Shown piece by piece: positions 7,752 to 18,698 of a stretch of 32,000 nt of DNA. The notes below the pieces were generated by a model that did no database searches, was not told where the DNA came from, and saw only the letters and a list, made by a program, of their open reading frames with translations. The stretch comes from Nitrosococcus oceani ATCC 19707 (GTDB lineage: Bacteria; Pseudomonadota; Gammaproteobacteria; Nitrosococcales; Nitrosococcaceae). Location of the stretch: contig NC_007484.1 in NCBI RefSeq assembly GCF_000012805.1, positions 870,001-902,000 on the forward strand. Reading direction: 5' to 3'. How positions within the stretch are numbered: position 1 is the stretch's first letter; every line of letters begins with the position of its first letter. A program made the translations under genes and the position numbers.

Positions 7752-10430
7752 TTAGCGTTCTAAATAAGTATAAATTGCCTCCTTTAACTGCTGCTGTTGC
7801 TCTGGGGTGAGGGGTTTATCCTGTTGATTGCAAATAAAAAAGACATCCACCACTTGGGTGCCTAGGGTTGTGATTTTGGCATTCACCAGCCGTACTTGGC
7901 AGCTAGCTAAGGCCCGGCATACTCGGGAAAGCAATCCAGGCCAATTGTTGGTAGTCAGTTCCATCACGGTACATTGATTACGACGATCCTTGGTAAAAGT
8001 AATAGTAGTAGGAAATTTAAACAGCTTTAATTTTCGCGGAATAAACCCTGGACGGTAAGGTGGGGCGCGGTCAGGTTGGGTTAGCCGCTGGGTTAAAACC
8101 TCTTGGATTTCTTGCAAGCGAAATTCTAGATCGGCTTCAGCCCGGATGGTAGCTGCCTCACGGACAACAAAGCTTTCCAAGACGAAGCCATGGCCGGTAG
8201 TGATAATCCGGGCGTCCAAAACATCCAGATCGAGTTGAGCCATGGTTCTCGTGGTTACGGTAAAAATTAGCGCGTGGGCTCTGGCATAGATAAACACCTC
8301 CATGGTCCCAGGCTCCTGGTTGTGAATGCGTACCAGAATTCGCGGCGCGCCGTCATGGGGTTCTTTCTGGGCAAGAGCCTTGATGTGCCAGCGGATCTCA
8401 TTGGGTGTATGACGCAGGAAATAATCCGCATCGATTTGACTCCAAAGGATATCAAGTTTTTGTTCGGTCCAGCCGTCTTTTAATAATGCTTGCCGCGCTT
8501 CATTTTGAATATCGCGGATATGTTCTTTTTTGTCGACGGGATATTCTAAACCTTGCCGCAATGCTTGCTGGGTAGCCGTGTAAAGCTTATTTAACAAAGC
8601 GTCCTTCCAGCTGTTCCAGAGATTAGGGTTAGTCGCGCGAATATCGGCCGCCGTCAACAAATAGAGATGATTCAGGCGCCTTTCATCACCGACCTCCCTA
8701 GCAAAGCGCTGAATCACCTTCGGATCGTTAATGTCGCGTCGTTGTGCCGTCATGGACATTAGCAGGTGATGGGCTACTAACCAGGCAACAAGGCGGGAAT
8801 CGTCGCGGCTGAGGCCGTGGTAGAGACAAAATCTCAAGGCATCTTTGGCCCCGAGCTTGCTATGATCGCCGCCGCGCCCCTTGGCGATATCATGAAATAG
8901 GCCAGCCAGATAGAGTAACTCGGGTTTAGAAATCCGTTGAAAAATCTCCGAACACAAGGGCAGTTCCTGGGCATATTTTGGAAGGGCAAAACGCCGGAGA
9001 TTATGTATCAGAAATAAAGTGTGCTCATCAACCGTATAAGCGTGAAACATGTCATATTGCATTTGTCCCACAATTTTGCCAAAAACAGGCAGATAGGCAC
9101 CGAGTATGCCGTATTTATTCATGCGCCGGAGTTCGCGAGTGATGCCCCGGGATTGGCGCATGATTTCCATAAACAGAGCCCGATTAAATGAATCTGCCCG
9201 GAAGTTGTCGTCGATAAGATGGCGGTGTTCTCGAATAAGGCGGATGGTTGAAGCTCGCACTCCTTTGATTTCAGGATGTTGCTGGAGCAATAGGAAAACT
9301 TCCAGGAGGGCAGAAGGGGTATGTTTGAATACGCTAGGATTGATGACTTCCAGAAACCCATTGCGGGCCTGAAAACGTTCGTTAATAGGACGAACATGAA
9401 CTTTCGCGTCAACTAGCAGAATTCTTTCCTCAAGCAGTTGCAGGAGCATTTCATTAAGTCGTCCGGTGTTTTCAGCAGTTCGATAATAATCCTTCATGAG
9501 CTGTTCCACGGCTAAGTGGGGGCCTTGATCATGGTAACCTAGCTGTTTAGCAAGAGCGATTTGATGGTCGAATAAGAGGCGATCCTCTCTGCGGCCTGTC
9601 AAAGTGTGCAGACCATAACGGAGCTGCCAAAGAAAGCTTTGGCTTTCTAGCAATTCTTTTCGCTCTGATACGGTCAAAAAATCGTGCTGTAAGAGACTAT
9701 CAAAGGACCAGGTATTGAAGTACCGTTTTGATACCCACTGGATCATCTGAATGTCGCGCAGCCCACCGGGACCTTCTTTGAGATTGGGCTCAAGATTGTA
9801 GGCGGTATCGTGGTATTTATGATGGCGTGTTATTTGCTCAGCCTGCTTGGCAAGAAAGAATTGGCGACTATTCCAGATTTGCTCTGGGGCGATAGCTGTT
9901 TGTAAGTTTTTAAATAGAAGTTCGGGTCCAAAAAGTAAGCGAGCTTCCATTAGGCTCGTAATAAACGAGAGATCATCGCGGGCTGCTTGTTGGCATTCTG
10001 CCACCGTACGCACACTGTGTCCCATCTCTAAGCCAGTGTCCCATAAAAAAGAAATAAAATGGCCAATGGAATTTTGTAGGATAGAATCGGTTTCCTCTGT
10101 CAGTAATAGGAGGATATCGATATCGGAGTAAGGGTGCAGAGTGCCTCTTCCATAGCCTCCCACAGCAACTAATGCAACCCGTTCAGGGCATTTTTTAGTA
10201 TGAAGGCGGCAAGCTTGAACAAGAATCTGATCTACCAGCCAGGCATGGAGTGGTAGCAGTTCAGCGGCTGAAGTCCCCGTAAGAAAACGCTGTTTGAGAT
10301 TCTCGATACCCTCTTTAAGGAAGGATCGCAATAGAAGCAAAGGGGCCTCGCTGGTATCAATCCACTTCGCAAAAGCAGCGGGTTCAAATAACGTGGGGTC
10401 GGGGCGAGTATTTCCAGTAAAATTTGGCAC
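7752..10430 (-). CDS. glnD: Bifunctional [protein-PII] uridylyltransferase / uridylyl-removing enzyme
   Basis: 892 aa with a GTG start. Nucleotidyltransferase motif GGYGRGTLHPYSDIDILLL, HD domain LFHDIAKGRGGDH and two C-terminal ACT-like regions. The map-glnD order is canonical. Confidence 0.93.
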   Translation of the reverse strand: MPNFTGNTRPDPTLFEPAAFAKWIDTSEAPLLLLRSFLKEGIENLKQRFLTGTSAAELLPLHAWLVDQILVQACRLHTKKCPERVALVAVGGYGRGTLHPYSDIDILLLLTEETDSILQNSIGHFISFLWDTGLEMGHSVRTVAECQQAARDDLSFITSLMEARLLFGPELLFKNLQTAIAPEQIWNSRQFFLAKQAEQITRHHKYHDTAYNLEPNLKEGPGGLRDIQMIQWVSKRYFNTWSFDSLLQHDFLTVSERKELLESQSFLWQLRYGLHTLTGRREDRLLFDHQIALAKQLGYHDQGPHLAVEQLMKDYYRTAENTGRLNEMLLQLLEERILLVDAKVHVRPINERFQARNGFLEVINPSVFKHTPSALLEVFLLLQQHPEIKGVRASTIRLIREHRHLIDDNFRADSFNRALFMEIMRQSRGITRELRRMNKYGILGAYLPVFGKIVGQMQYDMFHAYTVDEHTLFLIHNLRRFALPKYAQELPLCSEIFQRISKPELLYLAGLFHDIAKGRGGDHSKLGAKDALRFCLYHGLSRDDSRLVAWLVAHHLLMSMTAQRRDINDPKVIQRFAREVGDERRLNHLYLLTAADIRATNPNLWNSWKDALLNKLYTATQQALRQGLEYPVDKKEHIRDIQNEARQALLKDGWTEQKLDILWSQIDADYFLRHTPNEIRWHIKALAQKEPHDGAPRILVRIHNQEPGTMEVFIYARAHALIFTVTTRTMAQLDLDVLDARIITTGHGFVLESFVVREAATIRAEADLEFRLQEIQEVLTQRLTQPDRAPPYRPGFIPRKLKLFKFPTTITFTKDRRNQCTVMELTTNNWPGLLSRVCRALASCQVRLVNAKITTLGTQVVDVFFICNQQDKPLTPEQQQQLKEAIYTYLER

Positions 10431-10451
10431 GCTGAGAAGTCAATCGCTGGC

Positions 10452-11219
10452 TTAGAGGTTATCTCCGGGTTTGGCAGTAAGCACTTCAAAGCCATCGTCA
10501 GTAACTAGTATCGTGTGTTCCCATTGGGCTGAAGGACTGTGATCTTTAGTGACCACCGTCCACTTATCCGGTAGAACTTTTACATAGCGTTTGCCAGCAT
10601 TGACCATTGGTTCGATGGTAAAGGTCATCCCAGGTTCTAGTCTAAGCTTGGTGCCAGGAGTACCATAATGAAGGACTTGAGGCTCCTCATGGAAAATGCG
10701 GCCGATTCCATGCCCGCAAAATTCCCGCACAATGGAGAAATTACTGGCTTCGGCGTGAGTTTGGATGGCATGACCGATATCGCCTAAATGGACGCCTGGT
10801 CTGACCATTTCGATGCCAATGCACATACATTCATAACTTACTTGTGAGACTCGCTTGGAAATAACGTTAGGCTCCCCCACAAAGAACATTTTGCTGGTGT
10901 CCCCATGATAGCCATCTTTAATTACAGTGACGTCGATATTCACGATATCCCCTTTCCTTAGCCGCTTTTTGCCGGGAATTCCGTGGCAGACCACGTGATT
11001 GACTGAAGTACAAATGGATTTTGGGAAGCCGTGATAGTTAAGAGGAGCAGGAATAGCCTGTTGCACATCAACGATGTACTCGTGACAGATGGCATCCAGT
11101 TCCTCGGTAGTGACGCCAGGCTTCACATAAGGGCGAATCATGTGGAGGACATCGGCGGCTAGATGGCCGGCGACCCGCATTTTTTCAATTTCCTCTGGCG
11201 TTTTGATAGTAACTGGCAT
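10452..11219 (-). CDS. map: Type I methionine aminopeptidase
   Basis: 255 aa with metal-ligand motifs NIDVTVIKDGYHGD, FCGHGIG, TIEPM and QWEHT. Confidence 0.95.
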   Translation of the reverse strand: MPVTIKTPEEIEKMRVAGHLAADVLHMIRPYVKPGVTTEELDAICHEYIVDVQQAIPAPLNYHGFPKSICTSVNHVVCHGIPGKKRLRKGDIVNIDVTVIKDGYHGDTSKMFFVGEPNVISKRVSQVSYECMCIGIEMVRPGVHLGDIGHAIQTHAEASNFSIVREFCGHGIGRIFHEEPQVLHYGTPGTKLRLEPGMTFTIEPMVNAGKRYVKVLPDKWTVVTKDHSPSAQWEHTILVTDDGFEVLTAKPGDNL

Positions 11220-11306
11220 AGGGTTGTGATGTGGTTTTCATGGATTCTAGATCCTTAGACTGAGACTTAAGGATAGGGTTCTATCATTGTCCTAACAGGG
11301 CATTTA

Positions 11307-11315
11307 TGGTATAAA
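11307..11315 (+). promoter_or_regulatory. Candidate extended -10 promoter of rpsB (TGGTATAAA)
   Basis: The sequence TGgTATAAA lies about 125 nt upstream of the rpsB ATG. As I recall, the published E. coli rpsB promoter is an extended -10 element (TGTGGTATAAA) conserved in Gammaproteobacteria. This is motif matching only. Confidence 0.4.
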
Positions 11316-11440
11316 ACGCGCGCTTTTAAAGCAAACAAAATCACACGCGCATCGGCACATACTATCGGGGTGCCTTTGGTCAGGTCGGTATATGGGATGC
11401 GCGGAGGAATAACCCCAATATACATCGAGGTAAAAATATC
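11316..11440 (+). promoter_or_regulatory. Putative rpsB 5' leader (S2 autoregulatory region by analogy to E. coli)
   Basis: A non-coding segment of about 120 nt lies between the candidate promoter and the rpsB ATG. GC-rich self-complementary pieces (ACGCGCGC...GCGCG, GGGATGCGCGGAGG) are embedded in AT-rich sequence. The function is inferred by analogy only. Confidence 0.3.
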
Positions 11441-12250
11441 ATGGCGAATGTCACCATGCGTCAAATGTTAGAAGCTGGCGTTCATTTTGGCCACCAGGCT
11501 CGCTATTGGAATCCGAAGATGGCACCTTATATCTTCGGCAAGCGCAATAATATCCATATTATCAACTTAGAAGAAACGCTGCCATTATATATGGAAGCGA
11601 CGAATTACCTTGGTCGGCTAGCTGCAAATAAAGGTACAGTTTTATTTGTGGGCACCAAACGGGCGGCTCAAGAGCCTGTCCGAGAAGAGGCAGGGCGCTG
11701 CGGTATGCCTTATGTGAACAGCCGTTGGCTGGGGGGGATGCTCACTAATTTTCAGACTGTGCGGCGGTCTATCAAACGTCTTCATGATTTAGAGGCGATG
11801 ATCCAGGATGGTAGTTTGGATCGGCTTAAAAAAAGAGAAGCGTTGACAGTGAGGCGAGATCGGGACAAGCTTGAGAATAACCTTGGCGGTATCAAAAACA
11901 TGACTCATCTTCCTGATGCTTTATTTGTTATTGATGTAGAGCATGAGCGAATTGCAGTAGATGAAGCAGCTAAGCTGGGCATCCCCGTGGTGGCGGTGGT
12001 AGATACCAATAGCGATCCGAGGAAGGCGGACTATATTATTCCAGGCAATGATGACGCTATTCGGGCTATCCGCCTCTATCTGCGCGGGATTGCCGATGGG
12101 ATTATTGATGGGCGTACCACTGCTGCTGCGGCTAGCGCGAGTAAAGCAAGTAAGGATGAATTTGTGGAGATGGAAGAGGCTAGCGAAGAGGAGACTCTCA
12201 CCGAATCGTTGAGTGAGAAGAGTGCTTCAACAGATGCGAGCGTTACCTAA
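11441..12250 (+). CDS. rpsB: 30S ribosomal protein S2
   Basis: The N-terminus [27 protein letters not shown] is near-identical in pattern to bacterial S2. It has an acidic C-terminal tail. Confidence 0.97.
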
Positions 12251-12276
12251 ATAACGAGCAAATTAAGGTTGGACCT

Positions 12277-12309
12277 CACAAGGAGACCCCGCAGTAGGGT
12301 GTTCTTGTG
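12277..12309 (+). other. Stable hairpin in the rpsB-tsf intergenic region with no U-tract
   Basis: Hand-paired: 12277-12284 (CACAAGGA) pairs with 12302-12309 (TTCTTGTG) for 8 bp including one G-U. After a G/G mismatch, 12286-12289 (ACCC) pairs with 12297-12300 (GGGT). The loop is 7 nt. TCTGATCC follows, so it is not a canonical intrinsic terminator. Confidence 0.35.
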
Positions 12310-12340
12310 TCTGATCCCGATACCGTAGAGGAATGGAATA

Positions 12341-13225
12341 ATGGCAATCACAGCGGCACAGGTCAAGGAACTACGGGAGCGCACCGGTTCCGGAATGATG
12401 GAATGCAAAAAAGCCTTAGTGGAAACCGGCGGTGATATCGAAACCGCTATAGAATGGATGCGTAAGCAAGGATTAGCTAAGGCTGATAAGAAGGCGGGGC
12501 GAGTAGCTGCCGAAGGTATTATCGTGACTGCCGTTAGTCAGGATGGCCGTAAGGCAGCGATGGTAGAAGTAAATTCAGAGACGGATTTTGTTGCTAAGAA
12601 TGAGGATTTTCGCCAGTTTGCTGAGGATGTGGCCCACCAAGCATTAATTTCCAATCCCGCCACTTTAGAAGATTTGACCTCCCTGCCCTTGGGTAAGGGT
12701 AGGGAGAGCGTTGATGAGAGGCGCCACGCCCTGGTAGCCAAGATTGGTGAAAATCTCAATGTTCGCCGTTTTACCTTAGTCGAAGCAGAAAATGGTTGTA
12801 TTGGCCGTTATGTCCACGGTGATCGAATCGGCGTGTTAGTTGCTGTAGAAGGCGGTGAAGAAGCATTGGCTAAAGATCTTGCGATGCATATTGCGGCGAG
12901 TAAGCCGCAGGCTATTGCACCAAAAGATATTCCAGTAGAGATTTTGGATAAAGAGAGAGCTATTCAGATTGCTCAAGCCAAGGACAGTGGTAAACCGCCC
13001 GAGATCATTGAGAAGATGGTGCAAGGCCGGTTGCAAAAGTTCTTAAGCGAGATCACTTTGTTGGGACAACCTTTTGTTAAAGATCCGGATATTAAGGTGG
13101 AAAAATTGCTTAAAGATGCCGGCGCTAACGTCTATCGTTTCGCTCGTTTTGAAGTAGGCGAGGGGATTGAGAAGAAAGTGGAAAATTTTGCTGAAGAGGT
13201 AAGGTCGCAGGCCCAAGGAGATTGA
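12341..13225 (+). CDS. tsf: Translation elongation factor Ts
   Basis: The N-terminus [26 protein letters not shown] is the EF-Ts UBA-like signature. The position after rpsB is conserved. Confidence 0.97.
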
Positions 13226-13229
13226 GCAG

Positions 13230-13961
13230 GTGCCATTGGATGGAGGGAAACCTAAGTATCGGCGCATCCTGCTAAAGTTCAGTGGAGAGGCCCTTATTGG
13301 CGAGGTGGGTTATGGTATCGATCCCAAGGTGGTTCAGCAAATTGCTCTAGAATTGCAAGAATTAAACCGCATTGGGATCGAGATTGGCCTGGTGGTTGGG
13401 GGGGGTAATATTTTTCGAGGCGCTGGATTAGCTGCTGTCGGCATGGATCGGGTGACCGGAGATCATATGGGCATGCTGGCAACAGTGATGAATGCTTTGG
13501 CCTTACAGGACGCTTTAGAAAGGCTAGGGGTATTCTGCCGGGTGATGTCCGCCATTCGGATCAACGAGGTCTGCGAGGATTATCTGCGCCGCCGAGCTAT
13601 CCGCCATCTAGAAAAAGGGCGTTTAGTTATTTTTGCTGCCGGGACCGGCAATCCCTTTTTTACTACCGATACCGCTGCTAGTCTTCGCGCTATTGAGATT
13701 GGTGCAGAATTGCTTATTAAAGCAACCAAGGTAGATGGCGTTTATTCGGCTGATCCGCTTGTGAATTCCGATGCACAGTTTATTTCCCGCCTAAGCTATG
13801 ATCAGGTTATAGAGCGCAAACTTGCAGTTATGGATACGACCGCCATTATAATGTGTCGAGACCATTCTCTGCCATTGCGAGTCTTTGACATGCATAAGGT
13901 GGGAGCCCTTACCCATATCATCAAAGGCGAAGACGTGGGAACACTCGTTTCCAGAGAGTAA
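13230..13961 (+). CDS. pyrH: UMP kinase
   Basis: GTG start 4 nt after the tsf stop. Motifs [23 protein letters not shown] and [13 protein letters not shown]. Confidence 0.95.
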
Positions 13962-13963
13962 TA

Positions 13964-14527
13964 ATGATTATGATTGATGAAATTCAGGAAGATGCGGCCC
14001 AGCGCATGGATAAGAGCCTTAATGCTCTGAAACAAGCTTTTGCTAGACTGCGGGCAAATCGAGCCCATACGAGTCTTCTTGACCATATTACCGTTTCCTA
14101 TTACGGCAATAATGTACCGCTGAACCAAGTAGCTAATGTCTCTGTGGAAGATGCTCGCACTTTGACGGTGACTCCTTGGGAAAGGCAAATGGTCCCAGTC
14201 ATCGAGAAGGCGATTATGACTTCTGAGCTTGGGCTTAATCCCGTTACCGCAGGGACGGTTATTCGGGTACCTTTACCTGTTCTAACTGAAGAGCGGCGGC
14301 GGGAAATGGTTCGCCTCGTCAGGCAAGAGGCGGAAGCAGCACGGGTAGCTATGCGTAATATCCGGCGCGACAGTAACCATACCATCAAAGAACTGATTAA
14401 GGAAAAAGAGATTAGTGAGGATGATCAACGCCGTGCTGAGGAAGCCATACAAAAAATCACTGATAATCATATTACCCAAGTCGATGAGTTGTTAGCGGTG
14501 AAAGAACAGGATTTGATGGAAGTTTGA
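13964..14527 (+). CDS. frr: Ribosome recycling factor
   Basis: [39 protein letters not shown] matches the Frr N-terminal pattern. GAGAG RBS 5 nt upstream. Confidence 0.95.
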   Translation: MIMIDEIQEDAAQRMDKSLNALKQAFARLRANRAHTSLLDHITVSYYGNNVPLNQVANVSVEDARTLTVTPWERQMVPVIEKAIMTSELGLNPVTAGTVIRVPLPVLTEERRREMVRLVRQEAEAARVAMRNIRRDSNHTIKELIKEKEISEDDQRRAEEAIQKITDNHITQVDELLAVKEQDLMEV

Positions 14528-14583
14528 TAACCCTAAATATTAAATAGCCTCGTTTTTTTGCAGGTGGGACGTTAGGCAGCATT

Positions 14584-15342
14584 ATGGATAGCGGGCAGCT
14601 TGAGGGCCAATCATCAAAAATACCCAGCCACGTTGCGATCATCATGGACGGTAATGGGCGTTGGGCTAAGCAGCGGAATCGGCCACGCTTTTATGGACAT
14701 AGGGCGGGCGTTGAAGCAGTGGAAGGGGTTCTGCGGGCATGCGCTGATACCGGTGTTCGGGTATTAACCCTATTTGCTTTTAGTAGTGAAAATTGGCGTC
14801 GCCCATCTCAGGAAGTTCAGCTTTTAATGGAGTTGCTTGCCTCTGCCGTTTCAAACCGGTTGCAGCAGATTCAAGAGCAGAATGTATGCCTTCGCATCAT
14901 TGGCGATCGGAGCAAATTTCCGGAAGCGCTGCAAACAGAAATGGCGAAAGCCGAGGCCCTAACAGCACAAAACGACGGGATTACTCTAGTTGTGGCTGCC
15001 AACTATGGTGGGCGTTGGGATATTACTCAAGCGGTAAAGCAAGTGGCTGCTAAAGTCGAAGAGGGACGGATAGCGGTTGACTCTATTACCCCCGAAGTTT
15101 TTGCGGCACATCTTTCTCTAGCAGGTTTGCCTGAGCCTGATTTATTTATTCGAACAGGCGGCGAACAACGCGTTAGCAATTTTTTATTATGGCAATTAGC
15201 CTATACTGAATTTTACTTCACTGATATTCTGTGGCCTGATTTTAACGAAGCAGCTTTTGCTAGGGCAATCAAAACCTTTGTTCGGCGGGAACGCCGTTTT
15301 GGTCAGACTTCAGAGCAAGTGGAGTCTTTGCGCCGTGCTTAA
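14584..15342 (+). CDS. uppS: Ditrans,polycis-undecaprenyl-diphosphate synthase
   Basis: Motifs HVAIIMDGNGRWA, FAFSSENWRRP and RTGGEQRVSNFLLWQLAYTEFYF. Confidence 0.95.
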   Translation: MDSGQLEGQSSKIPSHVAIIMDGNGRWAKQRNRPRFYGHRAGVEAVEGVLRACADTGVRVLTLFAFSSENWRRPSQEVQLLMELLASAVSNRLQQIQEQNVCLRIIGDRSKFPEALQTEMAKAEALTAQNDGITLVVAANYGGRWDITQAVKQVAAKVEEGRIAVDSITPEVFAAHLSLAGLPEPDLFIRTGGEQRVSNFLLWQLAYTEFYFTDILWPDFNEAAFARAIKTFVRRERRFGQTSEQVESLRRA

Positions 15343-16156
15343 ACAGCGGCTCATTACCGCTCTTATCTTAGTACCCCTCACTGTTTGGGCCGTGCTTTCT
15401 TTTCCTACTGGAATAATCGCCTGGCTATTGGCCTTGGTAATGGCTATTGGCGCTTGGGAGTGGGCAGGCCTAATTCGGCTGCGAGACATGGGAGCGCGGT
15501 TATGCTATATCGTTGCCGTGTTACTATTGCTTTGGGGGAGCTATTCTCTACCATTCGCTGGGGTAGCTGCGATAGGCGTGATTTGGTGGGGCGTTTGTAC
15601 GGTTTTATTAGTACGATGGGCACATAAGAGATCGGCTAGTGCTTTGCTGTTAAGTAAGCTTGTGCCAGGGATGATTGTAGGGGTTTTGGTGCTGGTGCCT
15701 GCCTGGCGGGCGGTTATCGGCCTTCATGGGTTGCCCGTCATCGGTCCAAGGATGGTATTGCTTCTTTTTATTTTGGTATGGTTAGCGGATAGTGCAGCTT
15801 ATCTGGTTGGGCGGCGTTTTGGGCGTACTTGTTTGGCGCCAGCGCTTAGTCCTGGAAAAACCCGGGAGGGAGTCTATGGGGCCCTCGGCACGGGTTTATT
15901 GTTTTCATTGATGGGAGGAGAGATATTGGCGTTTTCTGGGCTAGCCTGGTGGGGGTTTATCGGACTTGTCCTGTTAACGCTTTTTGCTTCTATTGTAGGG
16001 GACTTATTGGAAAGTTTGTTTAAGCGCTTGAGCGCTGTTAAGGATAGTGGCTGCTTATTACCAGGTCATGGAGGAATGTTGGACCGATTCGACAGTTTAA
16101 CTGCGGCGGCGCCAGTATTTGCCCTAGGAGTCTGGGGGTTGGAGCAGCTGCAATGA
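15335..16156 (+). CDS. cdsA: Phosphatidate cytidylyltransferase (CDP-diglyceride synthase)
   Basis: I chose the GTG at 15335, giving (M)[14 protein letters not shown], a typical CdsA N-terminus. It overlaps the uppS end by 8 nt; the track start at 15257 would overlap by 86 nt. Signature [28 protein letters not shown]. The exact start is uncertain. Confidence 0.88.
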   Translation: MLKQRLITALILVPLTVWAVLSFPTGIIAWLLALVMAIGAWEWAGLIRLRDMGARLCYIVAVLLLLWGSYSLPFAGVAAIGVIWWGVCTVLLVRWAHKRSASALLLSKLVPGMIVGVLVLVPAWRAVIGLHGLPVIGPRMVLLLFILVWLADSAAYLVGRRFGRTCLAPALSPGKTREGVYGALGTGLLFSLMGGEILAFSGLAWWGFIGLVLLTLFASIVGDLLESLFKRLSAVKDSGCLLPGHGGMLDRFDSLTAAAPVFALGVWGLEQLQ

Positions 16157-17334
16157 TAGGGGTCAGCATACTGGGATCTACGGGTTCCATTGGTATGAGC
16201 ACCCTTGATGTACTGGCGCGTTATCCAGAACGCTACAGGGTTCAAGCCTTGTCCGCGAACAGATCCGTAGCACAGATTTACCAGCAGTGCCTCCAATTTC
16301 GACCTTCTCAGGTTGTTATGGTCGATCCTGATGCTGCTGAGCAGCTACGCCAGCGGTTGCATCCCGTCGTGCCGGAGATAGAAGTCAGTAGCGGCAGCGA
16401 AGCCTTAGAGACCATTGTCACATCTCCTGATACTGATTATGTCATGGCGGCCATTGTAGGCGCTGCTGGCTTATTGCCCACCTTAGCCGCAGCGCGAGCA
16501 GGCAAGCGGATTTTGCTTGCTAATAAAGAATCTCTTGTGATGAGCGGTCAGTTATTTATGAGTGCTGTTAGTGAAAGCGGTGCCGAGTTGCTCCCCATTG
16601 ACAGCGAACATAACGCCCTTTGGCAATGTATGCCAGCGGAGGGGCGCGAACTTCCCTTGCACCGTAAAGGCGTACGGCGTATTTTACTGACGGCCTCGGG
16701 CGGGCCCTTTAGAGAGCGGGCACTTTCCGAGTTGGACAATGTTACCCCTGATGAGGCGTGCGCGCATCCTAACTGGAGTATGGGACGTAAGATATCGGTT
16801 GATTCGGCTACCATGATGAACAAAGGGCTAGAGGTTATTGAAGCCTGCTGGTTATTTGATGCTGCGGCCTGTCAGATTGAAGTCGTTTTGCATCCGCAGA
16901 GCGTTATTCACTCCATGGTGGATTATGTGGACGGTTCTGTCTTGGCACAGTTGGGTAATCCTGATATGCGGACACCCATTGCTTATGGATTGGCTTGGCC
17001 TGAGCGTATGGAATCGGGGGTAACACTTTTGGATCTGTTTGCGATAGGCCAATTGACTTTCTGTCAACCTGATTTGCAACGCTTCCCTTGCCTGGGGCTG
17101 GCCTATGCCGCGCTGGAGCGGGGAGGCACCTGTAGCACTATTTTGAACGCAGCTAATGAAGTGGCGGTCCAGGCGTTTCTCGATCAACGTATTCAGTTTA
17201 CCCAGATTCCAAAGCTTATCGAATGGACGCTAGGTAGAGTGACCCCCACCGTGGCTGACTCTCTTCCGGCCGTGCTAGAAAGTGACGCAGTGGCGCGGCA
17301 AGTAGCTAAAGAACAAGTAGAGCGGTGGTATTAA
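16153..17334 (+). CDS. dxr: 1-deoxy-D-xylulose-5-phosphate reductoisomerase
   Basis: [20 protein letters not shown]-binding N-terminus, plus LANKESLV and DSEHNA motifs. ATGA overlap with the cdsA stop. Confidence 0.95.
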   Translation: MIGVSILGSTGSIGMSTLDVLARYPERYRVQALSANRSVAQIYQQCLQFRPSQVVMVDPDAAEQLRQRLHPVVPEIEVSSGSEALETIVTSPDTDYVMAAIVGAAGLLPTLAAARAGKRILLANKESLVMSGQLFMSAVSESGAELLPIDSEHNALWQCMPAEGRELPLHRKGVRRILLTASGGPFRERALSELDNVTPDEACAHPNWSMGRKISVDSATMMNKGLEVIEACWLFDAAACQIEVVLHPQSVIHSMVDYVDGSVLAQLGNPDMRTPIAYGLAWPERMESGVTLLDLFAIGQLTFCQPDLQRFPCLGLAYAALERGGTCSTILNAANEVAVQAFLDQRIQFTQIPKLIEWTLGRVTPTVADSLPAVLESDAVARQVAKEQVERWY

Positions 17335-18698
17335 TGTCTATTGTACTAGCTATACTCGCTTTTGCGATTGCTATTGGGGTGCTCGTTGCCGTACACGAGT
17401 ATGGCCATTTTTGGGTGGCACGGCGATCTGGCGTTAAGGTTCTGCGATTCTCCATTGGTTTTGGTCGGCCATTATGGCGTTGGCGTGGAAAGGATCAAAC
17501 CGAGTATATACTCGGATCGCTGCCTTTGGGGGGATATGTCAAGATGCTCGATGAGCGGGAAGGAGAGGTTGCCAAGGAGGATCTCCCGCGCGCCTTTAAT
17601 CGACAGTCCCTCGGTATTAGAAGTGCCGTCGTCGCTGCGGGGCCAGTAGCGAATATCTTATTTGCTATCATTGCCTACTGGTTAGCATTTGTCTTTGGTA
17701 TTGCCGGGATCAAGCCTATTGTAGGTGAAATAATGGTCGACACTCCGGCGGATAGAGCCGGCTTCCGAGTTGGTGAAGAGATTATTGCGGTGGGAGAGCA
17801 AACTACCCCCACTTGGGCTTCGGTGCGTCATGCAATATTTGTGGCTTCTCAACATGAATCTCGTGTTCCCGTGACTGTTTCTGGTGCTGGAGGAGAACAA
17901 AAGTTAAGCTTGGATTTGAGTCAAGTCCAAGTAGACGTCGATCCTGAAAAAGCCAGGGATATATTGGAGCAGTTGGGAGTGCAGCCTGAGCGCCCCTTAT
18001 TGGCGCCGGTGATTGGTGAGGTTTTGCCAGGTGAACCTGCAAGGCAGGCGGGTTTTCAACCGGGGGATCGCGTTCTCTCAGCCGCGAGTCAGCCTATTCG
18101 CACGTGGAATGAATGGGTAGAGTTTGTGCGCGATCACCCTGGTGAGGCTTTTAACGTTGAGATTGAGCGTGGGGAAGAGCGGCTGATTCTAAACTTGCAG
18201 CCAGCGATCATAGAGGGGGAGCAGGGTCCCGTTGGACGTATTGGCGCAGCACCAGAGCCACCGGGCGAATTGCCGGAGGAATTACGGGCTACTTTAAGGT
18301 ATTCTCCCTTTGCGGCAATTTCCCGGGCGGTTGAGAAGACGTGGGAAATCGGATCGTTAACTGTGCTTATGCTGGGTAAAATGCTGGCGGGAGAGGTATC
18401 AACCAAATCTATCAGTGGACCCATCACGATTGCACAATATGCAGGGTATAGTGCGCAGATAGGTTTTGTCCCTTTCCTCAACTTCCTTGCGGTGGTGAGT
18501 ATTAGTCTAGCGGTTCTAAATCTGCTGCCTGTTCCTGTTTTAGACGGGGGGCATTTATTATATTACTTTATTGAGCTGATACGAGGTAAACCTCTGTCAG
18601 AAATGGCCCAAGCGGTGGGACAGCAAATTGGTATCGTGGCACTCATTGGGCTGATGTGTTTAGCTTTCTATAATGACTTTGTCCGTTTGCTTGGATAA
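17334..18698 (+). CDS. rseP: Site-2 (RIP) zinc metalloprotease RseP
   Basis: The ATG at 17334 overlaps the dxr TAA (TAATG); the GTG at 17325 is an alternative. HEYGHF zinc motif about 21 aa in, two PDZ-like regions and the C-terminal NLLPVPVLDGGH motif. Confidence 0.93.
   Translation: MSIVLAILAFAIAIGVLVAVHEYGHFWVARRSGVKVLRFSIGFGRPLWRWRGKDQTEYILGSLPLGGYVKMLDEREGEVAKEDLPRAFNRQSLGIRSAVVAAGPVANILFAIIAYWLAFVFGIAGIKPIVGEIMVDTPADRAGFRVGEEIIAVGEQTTPTWASVRHAIFVASQHESRVPVTVSGAGGEQKLSLDLSQVQVDVDPEKARDILEQLGVQPERPLLAPVIGEVLPGEPARQAGFQPGDRVLSAASQPIRTWNEWVEFVRDHPGEAFNVEIERGEERLILNLQPAIIEGEQGPVGRIGAAPEPPGELPEELRATLRYSPFAAISRAVEKTWEIGSLTVLMLGKMLAGEVSTKSISGPITIAQYAGYSAQIGFVPFLNFLAVVSISLAVLNLLPVPVLDGGHLLYYFIELIRGKPLSEMAQAVGQQIGIVALIGLMCLAFYNDFVRLLG

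Noticed and set aside
11267-11464. 65-aa minus-strand ORF in the map/rpsB intergenic region
   Set aside because: It overlaps the rpsB start codon and leader antisense, and no coding signal is evident. The region is better explained as divergent promoters and a leader.
13802-14188. 128-aa minus-strand ORF across the pyrH/frr junction
   Set aside because: It is antisense to two highly conserved genes and has no recognisable features.
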